A DNA stretch of 62,827 bases, filler included. It is 14 parts of 14 records of this genome, joined end to end, with 100 filler letters (N's around TTAATTAATTAA, not from the genome) between each part and the next. Parts side by side here need not be neighbours in the genome. Positions count along the whole stretch, not along the records: positions 22,327 to 26,629 come from SRR15195285_6843; positions 26,730 to 32,331 come from SRR15195285_6845; positions 32,432 to 36,499 come from SRR15195285_6853; 11 more parts are not named here. One strand, given 5' to 3'. Position 1 is the stretch's first letter. Each line of letters opens with the position of its first letter. The notes under the pieces were generated by a model. The model was not told the origin of the DNA. It was given only the letters and a program-made list of their open reading frames with translations, and searched no databases. A program made the position numbers and the translations under genes. This document shows, in pieces, positions 23,476 to 35,400 of this stretch.

Positions 23476-26400
23476 TTAATTCCTGTGCATCAGCTCAGCA
23501 GTTGATGCTTGACTAGAGGTTTGGTTTGCAGACATCTGCGAGGCGAGCAGATGCAGATGCCTCGCTTGCTTCTGCACCAGTGTTGCCAGCCTAGAGACAC
23601 TGGGCGTTTGTCTGCCCGTTTGCCCGCCTGCCTGCCCGTCTCCCCACCTCCCTGTCTTCGCGAATGCCCATTGCAATTTACAGGTCAATTTCTGGGTACT
23701 GCGGCTTGCTGGCATCAGCAGCTGGCTCCGGCTGCGGTGCAGGGCTCGCGGCCGCCTGTATCTGTGCAGTGGCTTCCTGCGGTTGCGGAACGGAGCTCGC
23801 GGCCGCCTGCATCTGCGCAGCAGCTTGCTCCGGCTGCGATGGAACGCTCGTCGCCGCCTGCATCTGTGCGGGGACAACTGCAGCCTGAGCCCTCGTCTTG
23901 TCCAAGCTCCGCGAGTCCGCTTGGCTGGCGATCATGGCTGCCTGCATGGCCGCAAGCACTGCGAGTGTCCAGCACAAGAACGCAAAGCTGTTACCATGCT
24001 GTGCTCAGCTGTCCTGGGAGGCACTGCGCTGCAAGGCGCTGCGCTGGGCTGCACACACCTTCGGCATCCTGCTCAAGACCGAAATCCCCGCTCACCATGC
24101 CAGGACCACTTTGACCCTACAAGCGACGAACGCGATACGAATCGTATGAGTGTCAATGGTAAACGGGTGGATGGATTACGCCAAGACGGTATCCTGTCGA
24201 GCAGGTGATTCGTGTAACAAGACTTGTTCAAACTCACCGTGTTCATCGAGCCACGTAGCGAAGGTGACGTTGACTGTACCCTCCCTGCTCTCGGAGACCA
24301 CGAAGTCATGTGAGGGGCGGGACGCTGGCATATCCAGTCAGCTGTGTACCCGGCTGTGCAATGGCACGCGACGACGTAGAATGACAGCACCGTAGACTGT
24401 GCATTTGACTCACCATCGATCGACTGTGAAGCGGCGCGGACTTTCAACACCGACTTTTTATCCGAGCCTGCTTGACTAGCAATCATAGCCGCCTGCAATG
24501 CCTGGACAACATCCTCATCCTCATTCTCAAAATCTTGGGACACTGTCATACCAGAACGTGATACCTGCAGCATCGAAATCCACAAGAGCTGTCAATGTGG
24601 CGCTCTAAGGTTACCGTGCCCGAATGAAACTCTACGATAAGCCCTACCTAGTACTCTATGGCATGCACGAGCGAAGAAGCAGGCATGCGAGGAGGGAAGG
24701 GGACGGCACCAGGTCACGAGCACTGGTTCCCTTAGTCGGCGGTGAGCGGCCCCCCTTTGGCGGATCTGCGCCGGGTTCGGACGAGACTGGATCCGGCTTC
24801 GATGATGAGGCTGCCGGTGAAGCTGATGCTGCCTGGGCGCCCGTTTGCTGCTGAGAAGTTGGTGACGGCGAGGATTCTGCCTTCAGCTCGGAGAGCGCGA
24901 CCCAGGCAGACACGCGTTCTGTTAATGCGGCTTCCGCAGGCGACGACGCTTCAAGTAGAAGTACTGCTTGCTCCGGTGCCGGCTCCGGCTCTGGCTCCGA
25001 CTCCGGCTCTGGCTCCGACCCGGCTGCAGATGGAGGTACCCCTTCCGGCACGTCTTGTGGTCTCTTGCCCAAAGCATTCTCCTCTTGGACCACCACAAGC
25101 AACTCCACATCTGTCAGACCTACTGTTGCATCAGCGCCATGCTTGCCCAGCAAGGTGGCTGCACCATCCTGACCCAACCCAAACCACTCTAGACATAAGG
25201 TTTCAAACTCTGTCGGACTGCAAACCCCATCCTGATCAAGGTCATACACCCGCACAAGTTCATATGTCAGCTGGTGATCGTTGAACAAGGCAACGAAAGC
25301 TCGCAGGCTAACGTTGCCACCTTCGTCGCTGAACACACGTGCCGCTCGCCATGCGTCGATGTCCGGCCAATTCAGCTCTCTTGTAAGCTCTAGAAATTCT
25401 GCACGAGACAGCACACCGCAGGCAGATCGATCGAATTCTTTGAAGCTCTGAATCGCGTCTACTGTCATCGGCGAGAAGGCATGCGGCATCACGACATTTT
25501 TCGCATTTTTGAACCACCACTTTTTGAAGGCAAATTCAGTCACAGTACCCTCACCGATAGCGCGCATGTCTGCAATTGCATCTGCAAGATCTCGCTCGTC
25601 TTCAAATACATGCCCCATATCATAGCACAACGAGCGCACCATTTTCGGCTCCTCTCCTGCAATGTTGTCCGCGTACACCATTTCTAAAGCCCGCAACAAG
25701 TTCGCCTGGTCCATGTCTTGGGCGAGCACCAGCTCGAAGAGAGTCTTCCAGAGACCACGCTGTGCGCGAATTGCTGAGCCACTGGCGTCTTTCATTCCGC
25801 CCGTATCTGCTGCCCACACGCTGACCTTTGCCCACTCAGCCAGAGTCGGAGTTTCGCCCTTCTCTTCTGCTTCTGCAACATATTCTCTCATGTCACACTT
25901 GATTTGCTCAGCAAGCTCCTTGTTGGTCCCTTCCATCATCTTTGCCATGTCATGCTTCATCCACAAATTTTCGGCAAAGGATGCGATTGCACTCACGTCT
26001 GCGTCTGTCTTAGGCACAGGCGTCATCCGCAGCCCGCGGACAGAGTTACGCGGAGTGCTGGAACCTGTATGCTTTGTCCGGGCTTGACACTGCTCAATGG
26101 CAACTGCAAGCGCACGTACCCACTTGACAATCTGACTTGTGCCACTGGGAACGGGCGAGTCTCCCTTGACCCGATCGAGCAGGTTCCCACCTCGAGGGGT
26201 GCTGCCACCTTTCTGTCTCCCACGGAGAAGGCGACCTTCACGAGGACTGCTCGCGCCCGAGTCAGGGTCGGCTTCCGGCACGATGCGGAAATTGTTGGAG
26301 CGCCACTTCGAGCTCAGTGTAAACTGGCCACTTTCCTCATCTATCCCATGCAGGGCCTGTTCGTGCAGTGCCATGCGCTGAATGGGCGCAGAGGCGCGAT

Positions 26401-26629
26401 CGCGACCAGTGGACGGATAGTACACCAGCTCGTTCTGCTTCAGCTCGAACCAGAATCGTTTCCACACGCGCGAAGTGCAGACGTTGACAGGATACGGCCG
26501 GGTTGTATCTTGGCCAATTGCATGACCGCACTGCTTGAACAAGTAGCCTGTCATGAGCAGGCCCTTCTCCGAAGCTACCGGGGAACTAAGTTTGGAGTCC
26601 GAGCGCTCACGTCTCTTCCCGCTTGTGGA
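23476..26629 (-). CDS. PH-domain and multiple EF-hand protein (main exon 24656-26629), with downstream low-complexity exons that may belong to it; 5' truncated
   Basis: MTGYLFKQ...WKRFWFELKQNELVYY...WVRAL (PH); EF loops FDRSACGVLSRAEF and YDLDQDGVCSPTEF. Confidence 0.6.
23722..23880 (-). repeat. About 3 degenerate coding tandem repeats of 51 bp (17 aa)
   Basis: AQMQAATSVPSQPEQAA / AQMQAAASSVPQPQEAT / AQIQAAASPAPQPEPAA. Confidence 0.75.
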
Positions 26630-26729
26630 NNNNNNNNNNNNNNNNNNNNNNNNNNNNNNNNNNNNNNNNNNNNTTAATTAATTAANNNNNNNNNNNNNNN
26701 NNNNNNNNNNNNNNNNNNNNNNNNNNNNN

Positions 26730-26795
26730 GCAGTCTGTATTGGAAAATACTACCATTCTCAAGACGCCTTTTCGTCGCCGGGGCACTGAGAATCG
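26730..26795 (+). repeat. Dispersed repeat, copy 2
   Basis: CAGTCTGTATTGGAAAATACTACCATTCT, then a longer spacer, then ACTGAGAATCG. Confidence 0.85.
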
Positions 26796-26951
26796 ATGGG
26801 ATGGAGGGCGTGGTCAAGATGATGGTGCTGGTGGTGCTTGTCAGGTGAGCTGGCGGTGGTTGTTGCTATGGGCTGTGGGCGGTGATGGCGCGGCTTCTGT
26901 ACCGGTTGAAGGCGGCCTGACAGCGTGTGGTGGCGGAGGGCTGGCGGTGCG

Positions 26952-29900
26952 ATGGACACGGAGGAGCTGCAGATCTCTCCGGCGAAGAAGCGCAGCCCGC
27001 TGAAGCGCGGCGCGACCGTCAAGTTGACGCCGGAGCAGATCGATGAGCGGCGCAAGGAGGCGTGCGCAAAGCTGGTGGAAGCCGCGCGCTCGGGGAAATG
27101 TGGCGAGATGGAACGGCTGCTTGGGACGGCCGCGCTCAGCGCGGCCGAGCGCAAGGAGCGGCAGAAGCGCGGTGCGGTCGATGCGGATATCAACGAGCTG
27201 GTTGCGCCGAATGATTTTCGCACAGACTGGGGCCGGACGCCGCTCGTCGAGGCCGTGTTCCACAACCAGCCGGACGCGGTGCAGTTGCTGCTGGACAGCA
27301 AGGCGGACCCGAGCATGGCCGACGCCAGCTCCTGGACTCCGCTCATCGCGGCAGCCGAGCAGGGCCTGCTGCCGATTATGAAGAAGCTGCTGCGGGCGGG
27401 GGCTCAGCTCGACAGCACCTGGCTGGACGCGGTCGACGAGGACATCGGCTGCAGTGCGTTCCATTATGCTGCGGTCATGGGCCACCGCGACTGCACCGCA
27501 GCGCTGCGGAGAGCGGGGTGCAGCACAGAGATACAGAGCCGCGATGGGGTGGAGGGCCTGGAGCTGGCCAAAATAGTTTGTGCACGCGCTGGCAGACGGG
27601 GGCGGACCAACGTGCTGGCGCGGAAAACAAAGGAGGAGAAGGAGAGCAGTCTTGACCAAGTTGTGAAAGTGGATCGGGAGGTCTTGTACATGGATGAGGA
27701 GGGCAAGTGGCAGGTTGGCAAGAAGAAGGAACTTGGGTATGATGAGAACTTGCACGCCGCCGCGATTACGGGCGACCTGCCGATGCTGCAGCGGCTGCTA
27801 ATGGTGTCCGTCGAGAAGGGCATTGACATCAACGAATTCGACTCGCAAGGCCAGACCCCCTTGTATCTGGCGGTGTGCTCGGGTCAGCTCAAGATGGCGC
27901 AGATCCTCCTGATCAATCATGCAAATCCATACATCAAAGGCACCAACGGATCGGCGCCAATACACGGTGCTGCACGCCATGGCCAGACCAATTGCGTCGA
28001 GATGCTTCTCGAGCGCAGAGCGGACGTCAACGTGCGGGGTGTGCACGGCAGAACCCCACTTATTCTGGCCGCGTCAAGTGGCCATGTCGACACGGTGCGA
28101 GTGCTGCTGCAGCACGGCGGAGACCCGCATCAAGTTGACAATGACAGCCGAAGCGCCGTCGACTTGGCGGCAAATCTTCACATTATCCATCTGCTACGCC
28201 GAACGATTGAGCAGCGTTCGTCAAGACACGGCCGCTACGAAGTGGCAGAGCACAGTGGTCGGGCAGACGATACTTCTACCGAGCTCGGCAACTGTGCAGG
28301 TGTCTGTGAAGGCACGAAAGCGATTGATACAGTCACGGGCGAACACGTCGTAATCTTGCGCTTTGAGGACGCTGCTGCATGCGAACGGATGCGAACGGCC
28401 ATGAGAGCATTACATGGAACTTTTGCTGGTGGTTTTGGTGCGATCAATCACATGCCACCATCGTGGGTGCCGCGTTCCGAGGCTGGCGCGGATGAGCCCG
28501 TTCAGCAAGAGCTAACACTGCAGCTAAGCAGTACAGAGGAGGAGGATAACAACGACGACGACGATGGCGACGACGACGACGACAAACACGAACACGAGAG
28601 CAGCAACAATACGAAAGACGATCCTGTTCCAGAAGATGAGCAAAATCAGGAGCAGGAGCAGGAGCAGGAGGATACGTCAGTAATTGCTGGGTCGGCAAAG
28701 GGATGTGTGGCCGTGGTACAGGCGTGGAGCGTCACGTTGGGCGAGTATTTCTACAGTGCACACAACGCACTGCCGCTCGTGGAGACGCGCGCGTTGCTGC
28801 GTGCACTGCTCTATGCACTGTCAGCGCTACACGCTGCCTCGTTGGCACATGGCTCGGTCGGATTAGACACAGTCGCGCGATTCTGGGATGGTAGCTGGCG
28901 ACTCATCGACCTGCACCGGGTCAGACATCAAGGGATGACTTCCGATCCGGATTTGGTTTCACATGCTGAATCTGAGGCTGACGCACAAGCTGCGGCGGCT
29001 GATGAGCAAGAAAGCGGCGACGGTGGTGACAAAAAACGTCCGAACTTCAGCGCGCTACTTGCTCGAGAGCGCGAGCGAAATAATGGGGGGCCTGTCGTCC
29101 GACTCCGCCTACCCTCGATACCTCCCGAAGGCGTTCGACGTGCACGTGCTGAGGCGGACATATGGGCTGTCGGTGTGCTCGCCCTTGGGCTGCTGACGCG
29201 GAGTGGGCGCAGACAGTCACTTCCTTGTGGCCGAGCGGCCACACCCGATGCGTACTGGGAAGCACTGAATGAATGGGTGCGACCACAGCAGCACGCAGGC
29301 CGTGACCGAGTCGCTCTCAGCACAGATGCTGAAGAGCTGGTCGAGGGATTGTTATCGTATGACCCTGCAGGACGCCTGTCAGCGGACGAGGCTCTTAATC
29401 TACCATTTTTCAGACAGGCGCACACTGCGCCAACGGAGCACGACTACGATCGCATACAGCAGGCCGGCGGGGCGCCCGCTGTGCCGACCCAGTTGCCCGC
29501 GCGAGTCCCGAAGGAGTTTCAGCGGGTGCAGAGGCAGGTCGGTGACGGTGATAGCAGCCAGCGTGTGGAAGAGGAGCTGCAGGGCCCTGGCTTGGACAGT
29601 GTGAACAGCGTGGACGGTGCAGATGGTGCAAACGAAGAGGCCTTGGCAGAAGAACAGGCCTGGCGAGAGCAGCTCGAGAGCGTGCGTGTCCTTGTTGCCC
29701 AGCGTTCGCGAGCGAAGACCATCCGACGGAAGCGCAAGATACTCCTGCGCGATGACGCGGATAGCTTCGGAGAAATGCGCTTTGCCGGGGAGACAGACAG
29801 CGACGATGATAGCGGTGGCAAGTCTGACAACGCTATCCTAGGCATGGGGCTTCTTGGTGTGCAAGCAAAAGCGAAGCATATCAAGAAGACAACCCGACAG

Positions 29901-32105
29901 AGCGACTCTAGTAGCGAAGAAAGTTCCGATGAGAACGATGAACCGCTGCCTGAGTACTCAGACGACGACACCTCGGATGACGAGGACCAGGATGGTGAGG
30001 CTGTCGAGGAGATCGGCGTCGCCGGTCACGGTGGGCGCGACAATGCTGTGTCCGCTGCAGCGGCTCTCGCAGCTGCTGTGGACGGTGATGCTAACAGCAA
30101 TGGTGGCGACAACGGCGACAAACAAGGCAACGGCGACAAAGATAAGCAGACTAGAAATGGAACTGGGTGGTTTCGTAACCTGCTTCCAGGCAAACTGCCG
30201 TCAGCGTCTGCCGTTGCCATTCCAGGGATTAAATTTGGTAACGATAAGTTTGCCTACACTGACGAGGAGCTCGAGAATGAGAATGTGAAACACCTCTGGG
30301 TTGCGAAACAGAAGGTGGAGGATTACTACTCTGATTCTGACTCTGATACCGATAGTGAATTTGAGGTCGCTTTCAATGACCAGGCACTCAAGCAGGTGCT
30401 TGCTCGGAGGATGGAGCGAGACGCTGTCGCTCGGTATGCATCAATGGCAGGCTACAGCAGGGAAGAGATGCTGGTGTGGTTGCGCGCCAAGCAGGTGCGA
30501 TGGATAACATTGCTACCGGATGATGAGCGTGAGGCTTTGATTGATGAGCTACGACGTGGGGTCGATCGACGGTGGCAGTACAAGGAGAACAAGTACGGAG
30601 CACCGCTCTCACCTGTTACTCAACTTCACCGAACCGCTCTGAGGCTGGGGAAGCTCCATGCCATGTCTGAGAAGCTGCGGATTGCAACACCCCGGCTCTT
30701 TTGCGTGTTACCAAGCCGCACGGCTGCAAAGCTTGACTCCGTCGCTCCTCGCTGGCTTGACCCGAAGAAATGGAATAATGGATCCTTCGCACTGCATCCG
30801 ATGTGTGAGTGGGACGGTGGCCATTTCCTCCCGTCACGATACGCCTACCCGGTGACAGACCCTCAGCGAGTACTCCGTGATTGTGGAGCTATTCTCCATT
30901 ACAATATGGAGCTTGTGCAGGCAGCTCTAGAGGCGGTAGAGAACAGCCCGCTGGCTACATCCTCGAACTTCGTCATACCCTATGCAAAAATACGCAAAGA
31001 GGGCGAGGCATTTCGCAAAAGTCGACCATCAACTGAGTCGAGCAAGGACAAAGATGCAGGAGGTGGACGCGACGCAAGCAGCCCATCGTTACGAAGGCCG
31101 ATACGTGATGCTGATGAAGCGACACACACGTCGAACACGCACCCGTTCCTTTTCCGATTTATGTCGGCGGTGATTGAGAAAGCGAAGAAGCGGGCCCTAG
31201 CTGGCTCAAAAGCCTCCGCCGAGGCAGCACGGGCTGCTTCCAACTATGGCACCTCGCTTTGTCATCTAGAGCGATTCATTCTCGCATCCGATCCGATTGG
31301 CCAATTCGGTGAACTGTACCTCTGCGAACCGCCGACCGAGAAGCATCCGGACCGACCTGCAGCAGCTCCCCCGCACCGGTGTTGGTTGTGCCCTCATCAT
31401 GCGAAGGAACTCTCAAACGCAGGGGGTTCGGTCTCTCTTGGTCGAACCCCGCCCTGGACAGTTGGAGGTTTGCTCTACAGCCTGGCGAATCAACCCTATG
31501 TCGCCCCGACGCAGCCATTTGCACCTCCCGAAGTCATTGCAACGACGATGGACAGCACGGAGCCTCCTGGGCTCGGCTACAGCGACGATGGCCCTACAGG
31601 AATGTCCGATCGGGCGGCGGCCAAGAAGAAGCTGGATAAGCTGCCAGAGCCGAAGAAAGCTGCGCCGGAGCTGTTGCCAGCAGTGACTGCTGTGGCACTG
31701 GAGGTAACGAAGGTGGAGGAAGCGGTGGCGTTGCTGCGTGAAGACAAGCCCGGCCATGCTGTTGTAGTTGTTTACGTGTCGCCGCTCTCTGTGCAGCGCT
31801 CGACCGTGGGAGCTGCCTGCACGGCGAGAATCGAAAAGCGCTACCAACCGACGGCAGTGGTGGTGCTTCCGGACTTTCCACGAGATGCTAAAGGCCAGAT
31901 TGATATCAAAGGGCTACAGCCGCCCGCACCCACTGATTGGTTGCGCTCGGCGCGGCTGAAGCGGCAGCGAGAGAAGCAAGGCGCCGACGACGATGACGCA
32001 CCACCGGACGCAGCCACAGTGCTTAAAGGACTGGGTGACCCAAAGGCGTATGCCGAGAAGGAAGCGAAGCCGCCACCCAGTTCCTCTGCATGTGTGCTTC
32101 AGTGA
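26952..32105 (+). CDS. Ankyrin-repeat and pseudokinase multidomain protein with AMP-binding C-terminal-like subdomain and CaaX end
   Basis: Uninterrupted ORF of about 1,717 aa. Ankyrin repeats (GRTPLVEA, GQTPLYLA, GRTPLILA); kinase-like AHGSVGLDTV...WRLIDL...DIWAVGVL...LLSYDPAGRLSADEALNLPFF; YQPTAVVVLPDFPRDAKGQIDIKGL; ends CVLQ. Confidence 0.8.
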   Translation: MDTEELQISPAKKRSPLKRGATVKLTPEQIDERRKEACAKLVEAARSGKCGEMERLLGTAALSAAERKERQKRGAVDADINELVAPNDFRTDWGRTPLVEAVFHNQPDAVQLLLDSKADPSMADASSWTPLIAAAEQGLLPIMKKLLRAGAQLDSTWLDAVDEDIGCSAFHYAAVMGHRDCTAALRRAGCSTEIQSRDGVEGLELAKIVCARAGRRGRTNVLARKTKEEKESSLDQVVKVDREVLYMDEEGKWQVGKKKELGYDENLHAAAITGDLPMLQRLLMVSVEKGIDINEFDSQGQTPLYLAVCSGQLKMAQILLINHANPYIKGTNGSAPIHGAARHGQTNCVEMLLERRADVNVRGVHGRTPLILAASSGHVDTVRVLLQHGGDPHQVDNDSRSAVDLAANLHIIHLLRRTIEQRSSRHGRYEVAEHSGRADDTSTELGNCAGVCEGTKAIDTVTGEHVVILRFEDAAACERMRTAMRALHGTFAGGFGAINHMPPSWVPRSEAGADEPVQQELTLQLSSTEEEDNNDDDDGDDDDDKHEHESSNNTKDDPVPEDEQNQEQEQEQEDTSVIAGSAKGCVAVVQAWSVTLGEYFYSAHNALPLVETRALLRALLYALSALHAASLAHGSVGLDTVARFWDGSWRLIDLHRVRHQGMTSDPDLVSHAESEADAQAAAADEQESGDGGDKKRPNFSALLARERERNNGGPVVRLRLPSIPPEGVRRARAEADIWAVGVLALGLLTRSGRRQSLPCGRAATPDAYWEALNEWVRPQQHAGRDRVALSTDAEELVEGLLSYDPAGRLSADEALNLPFFRQAHTAPTEHDYDRIQQAGGAPAVPTQLPARVPKEFQRVQRQVGDGDSSQRVEEELQGPGLDSVNSVDGADGANEEALAEEQAWREQLESVRVLVAQRSRAKTIRRKRKILLRDDADSFGEMRFAGETDSDDDSGGKSDNAILGMGLLGVQAKAKHIKKTTRQSDSSSEESSDENDEPLPEYSDDDTSDDEDQDGEAVEEIGVAGHGGRDNAVSAAAALAAAVDGDANSNGGDNGDKQGNGDKDKQTRNGTGWFRNLLPGKLPSASAVAIPGIKFGNDKFAYTDEELENENVKHLWVAKQKVEDYYSDSDSDTDSEFEVAFNDQALKQVLARRMERDAVARYASMAGYSREEMLVWLRAKQVRWITLLPDDEREALIDELRRGVDRRWQYKENKYGAPLSPVTQLHRTALRLGKLHAMSEKLRIATPRLFCVLPSRTAAKLDSVAPRWLDPKKWNNGSFALHPMCEWDGGHFLPSRYAYPVTDPQRVLRDCGAILHYNMELVQAALEAVENSPLATSSNFVIPYAKIRKEGEAFRKSRPSTESSKDKDAGGGRDASSPSLRRPIRDADEATHTSNTHPFLFRFMSAVIEKAKKRALAGSKASAEAARAASNYGTSLCHLERFILASDPIGQFGELYLCEPPTEKHPDRPAAAPPHRCWLCPHHAKELSNAGGSVSLGRTPPWTVGGLLYSLANQPYVAPTQPFAPPEVIATTMDSTEPPGLGYSDDGPTGMSDRAAAKKKLDKLPEPKKAAPELLPAVTAVALEVTKVEEAVALLREDKPGHAVVVVYVSPLSVQRSTVGAACTARIEKRYQPTAVVVLPDFPRDAKGQIDIKGLQPPAPTDWLRSARLKRQREKQGADDDDAPPDAATVLKGLGDPKAYAEKEAKPPPSSSACVLQ

Positions 32106-32431
32106 ACTGAAGCATGCACGAAGTTGTTTGTCTCTGCCGCGCCCAGATCTCCTTCTTGACACTGCCTTCGCTGCCGAAACCCTTAGATATACACTGTATG
32201 AGTCTTTGCATTAACTGTACGCTTGCGTAACAATCATTCTGCTCTGCCGCCCGGTGTCTGCTGGAGGCTGTGGCACCTTCTCGTCGGTGGCAATCCACCG
32301 CACACGCAGCAGCAGCAGCAGCAGCAGCAGCNNNNNNNNNNNNNNNNNNNNNNNNNNNNNNNNNNNNNNNNNNNNTTAATTAATTAANNNNNNNNNNNNN
32401 NNNNNNNNNNNNNNNNNNNNNNNNNNNNNNN

Positions 32432-35400
32432 ACACACACACACACACACACGCGCGCGCGCACATGCTAGCACAATTGATTGGCATTATGTCGATTACTT
32501 GTGATAATGCTTTCTGTAAAGCACCCTCTGCCTGTGGAGCGGCGGCAATGGCTCGACGCAACTCCTCTTCCTTCTTTTTTAGCATCACATGCGAGCGGGT
32601 TTTGTACCTATGCAGAAGCAACCGCGTGATCATTGAGCGCAACAACAGACAACACGCAGGTGTTAGTGGGGTACAAAACTACCGACGCCAGTGAAATCAA
32701 GCATGTGTCCACGATGACCAACGTGTATGCACTGTCTCACTTGACGAACTCGGCATTATTGTTGTCCCGTTCCTCCATCGCGCGCTCTGTATCCTTCGTC
32801 GCATCATCCACCTTCTGCCGCAGCTCCTCCAGCTCCCTGCGAAGCACACCAAAATCACACTTGGATTAACTACCCGCGATATGGGCACACACACGAGGGA
32901 ACAGACACGTTGGCTACTGGTGCGCACCGCTCGAGCTCGCGCGTCCCGTGCCGGGCGCTCCCGACCATCTCCTCAGCCCTTGTGCGCAACGCAGCCTCAC
33001 TCGCCTGTTGAGAAAGAGCCAAACGCATATATGTTATAATCGAGCTTCCTTGTGTCTTTGACAGCCAGAGTGTACCTCGGCGGAGTCTTTCTGAGCTGCT
33101 AGAGCACTTTGCAGAGCCGCCACGTCCTTTCGAGCAGCGTCAGTCTCCTCCATAGCATGCGCTGCCTGTTACACACGCCAGTGTCACTGCAAGAGCAAAG
33201 TGGACAATATATCTCCGCGCTTACTGTCTCGTTCGCCTTCTCAACCGCAGCAGACAGCTCCTGCTTCACCTCCTCGAGCGCTAGCAGCTTTTGGTCTGCC
33301 TGCTCCACCTTCATTGTTGCGGCTTCCACTTCGCTATCGCGTTTTTCGAGCTGTCCCATTGAGGAACAGACGTCAGTTCAATCCATTGGATTACCAATGC
33401 AGAGCTGCAAATAACAAAATGCAAATTGGTAGAAAAACCTGCCTCATCAGCCAATGCCTTGTGCGCCGCCTCGAGAGCCTGGGCGCGGGTGGATGCCTCC
33501 TCAGCCTGGCGAATCGCATCATCGGCCACGCTGTGCTTCTCACCGACCTGTCGTGCGCATCGACACACATGTGTCAAACGGGTTGTTTTCCGAACAATGT
33601 TTCTGATAGTTCACATGGACTCTTGCAGTCCTTCTGCGCACAGAATCTCGGGTTGCATTTAGCTCTGCATTGAGGAAGTCGATTTTCTCCTGCTTCTGCT
33701 TGACAACCTTCGCGGTCCAGCAACACACAGCGTCGATCTCATGCACAGGCCCAAGCACGACTTTAAAACGAAGTTCTTTTTGCATGCAATGGTGAGCAAA
33801 AGACTGTGCGTGCTCACCCTAAGGCGGTCCTTCTTCTCTCTTTCAAGACTCGCTTTCAGCTCGTCTACTATCTTAGATCCCTGCTTGTCTCCTATTGCAC
33901 CACCATTGTCCGTGTAAGTGGCAGCAGCGAGTATTGACCAGATTGTAGCTGCATTCAGCCTGTTGGAAGTACTCCGAGGACATGGTGAAATGCGCACCTT
34001 TTTTCAGCTCCTTTACCTCGGCTTTAAGTGTCGCAATCGTGTTGTCACGCTCGACCACCGCCGCCTCCGTTGCATCCAACTGTCGCTCAAACTCCTCTTT
34101 CCACTTTGCGCGCTGCTTGCCTTTCGCCAACTCAATACCTGCCATGGCATCACAAATTGAATCCAGCTGCCATTTACTTCCATTGCAGCAGAGACAAAGA
34201 GTTCCTGGGCGAACCCACTTAGCTTCTCTTCGGCCTCTGACAGTGCTGACCGGACCTGTCGCATGCAATAGCTTTCATGTCAAAACGGCGTTACTGCACG
34301 GCATCAGTTCGCTACATACCTGCTTGAGTTCTGTGGTCAGAGTGACTTCGATGCTCTTTGTCTGCTCGGCCTGCCACGCAAAAGGCTCAACAATCAGCTT
34401 TGCAAAATAGATCGCCTATGAAGACAAAACGCAAGGCGACGCGCACCAACTTCTGCTGCTCCACGCTCATCGCATCGCCGTGTGATGCCACAGCCGTCTC
34501 GAGCGACTCCATGCCTGACACATTCGATACGAATTAGAAGAGTTGAGCTGATGTCTGTCTACACGGGAGACTTTGCTGTTGCGCACGTTCCCGCAGGGCC
34601 TCTGCTTCGCGTTTCGAAGATGTGAGCTCTGTCTCAGTGTGTTGAGCTTCCGCCATGATCTGCACGCGCAATGGAGTTTCAGAAAGTCCGTACAAGTGGG
34701 GTCGCTCGGTTGCACCCAGCCGCTAGTGGACGTGGCGAGTGAGAGATTGATTGAAATTTTCACACCTCATCCATTGCTCTAGCTGCCTTCTCGGCAGCGG
34801 TTCCTAGTTCATCCTCCCTCGCAGAGAGCTCTGCGACGTCAAAGCGTACTTGCGCTGTCAAAGTTTGAATACAACAAGTCTTCTGAAAATGGATAAGCAC
34901 TGAACTGTGAGACTGAGCCAAGAGATAATTCTTGTGTTTGCACAGTGAAATTGTCTCACCAGCTTGCGTGGCAGAAAGTGTAGCTCGTAGCTGCTCGCAC
35001 TCTACCTGAAGCTGATGTACCAGATCGCTGGCATCGCTAGAATCCACAGGCCCTGCGGTAGTTGCATGCGCCAGGTCCGCTTCGAGGCTTTCGATGCGCT
35101 GCTGGGCCTCGGCAGCAGCACCCGCCGCCTGTCGCATCCAGACATGTACCTCAGTCTCAACCTCCCTCTCTGTGTAAAATGCCAAGAGCGCTCACCATCG
35201 CCTCGGCTCTCTCGTCCGCCTGCTGCACTGCAACCTCAAGAGCTACCACATGCGCCGAGGTCAGTGCTGTCTCACGTTCACCCCAAGTCAGTTCACTCAG
35301 AACTGGACCTGCGTCTACTGCCATCCCCGCCACATTCTGATCGCCCACAGTCTCTCGAACGGTTTGACGCTCGAGCGCTTGCAAAGCCTCGGCACCGAGC

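Noticed and set aside
26841-27755. Long antisense or alternative-frame ORFs (also 15894-16826, 43934-44803, 57366-58256)
   Set aside because: Shadows of real genes in GC-rich DNA with no motifs of their own.
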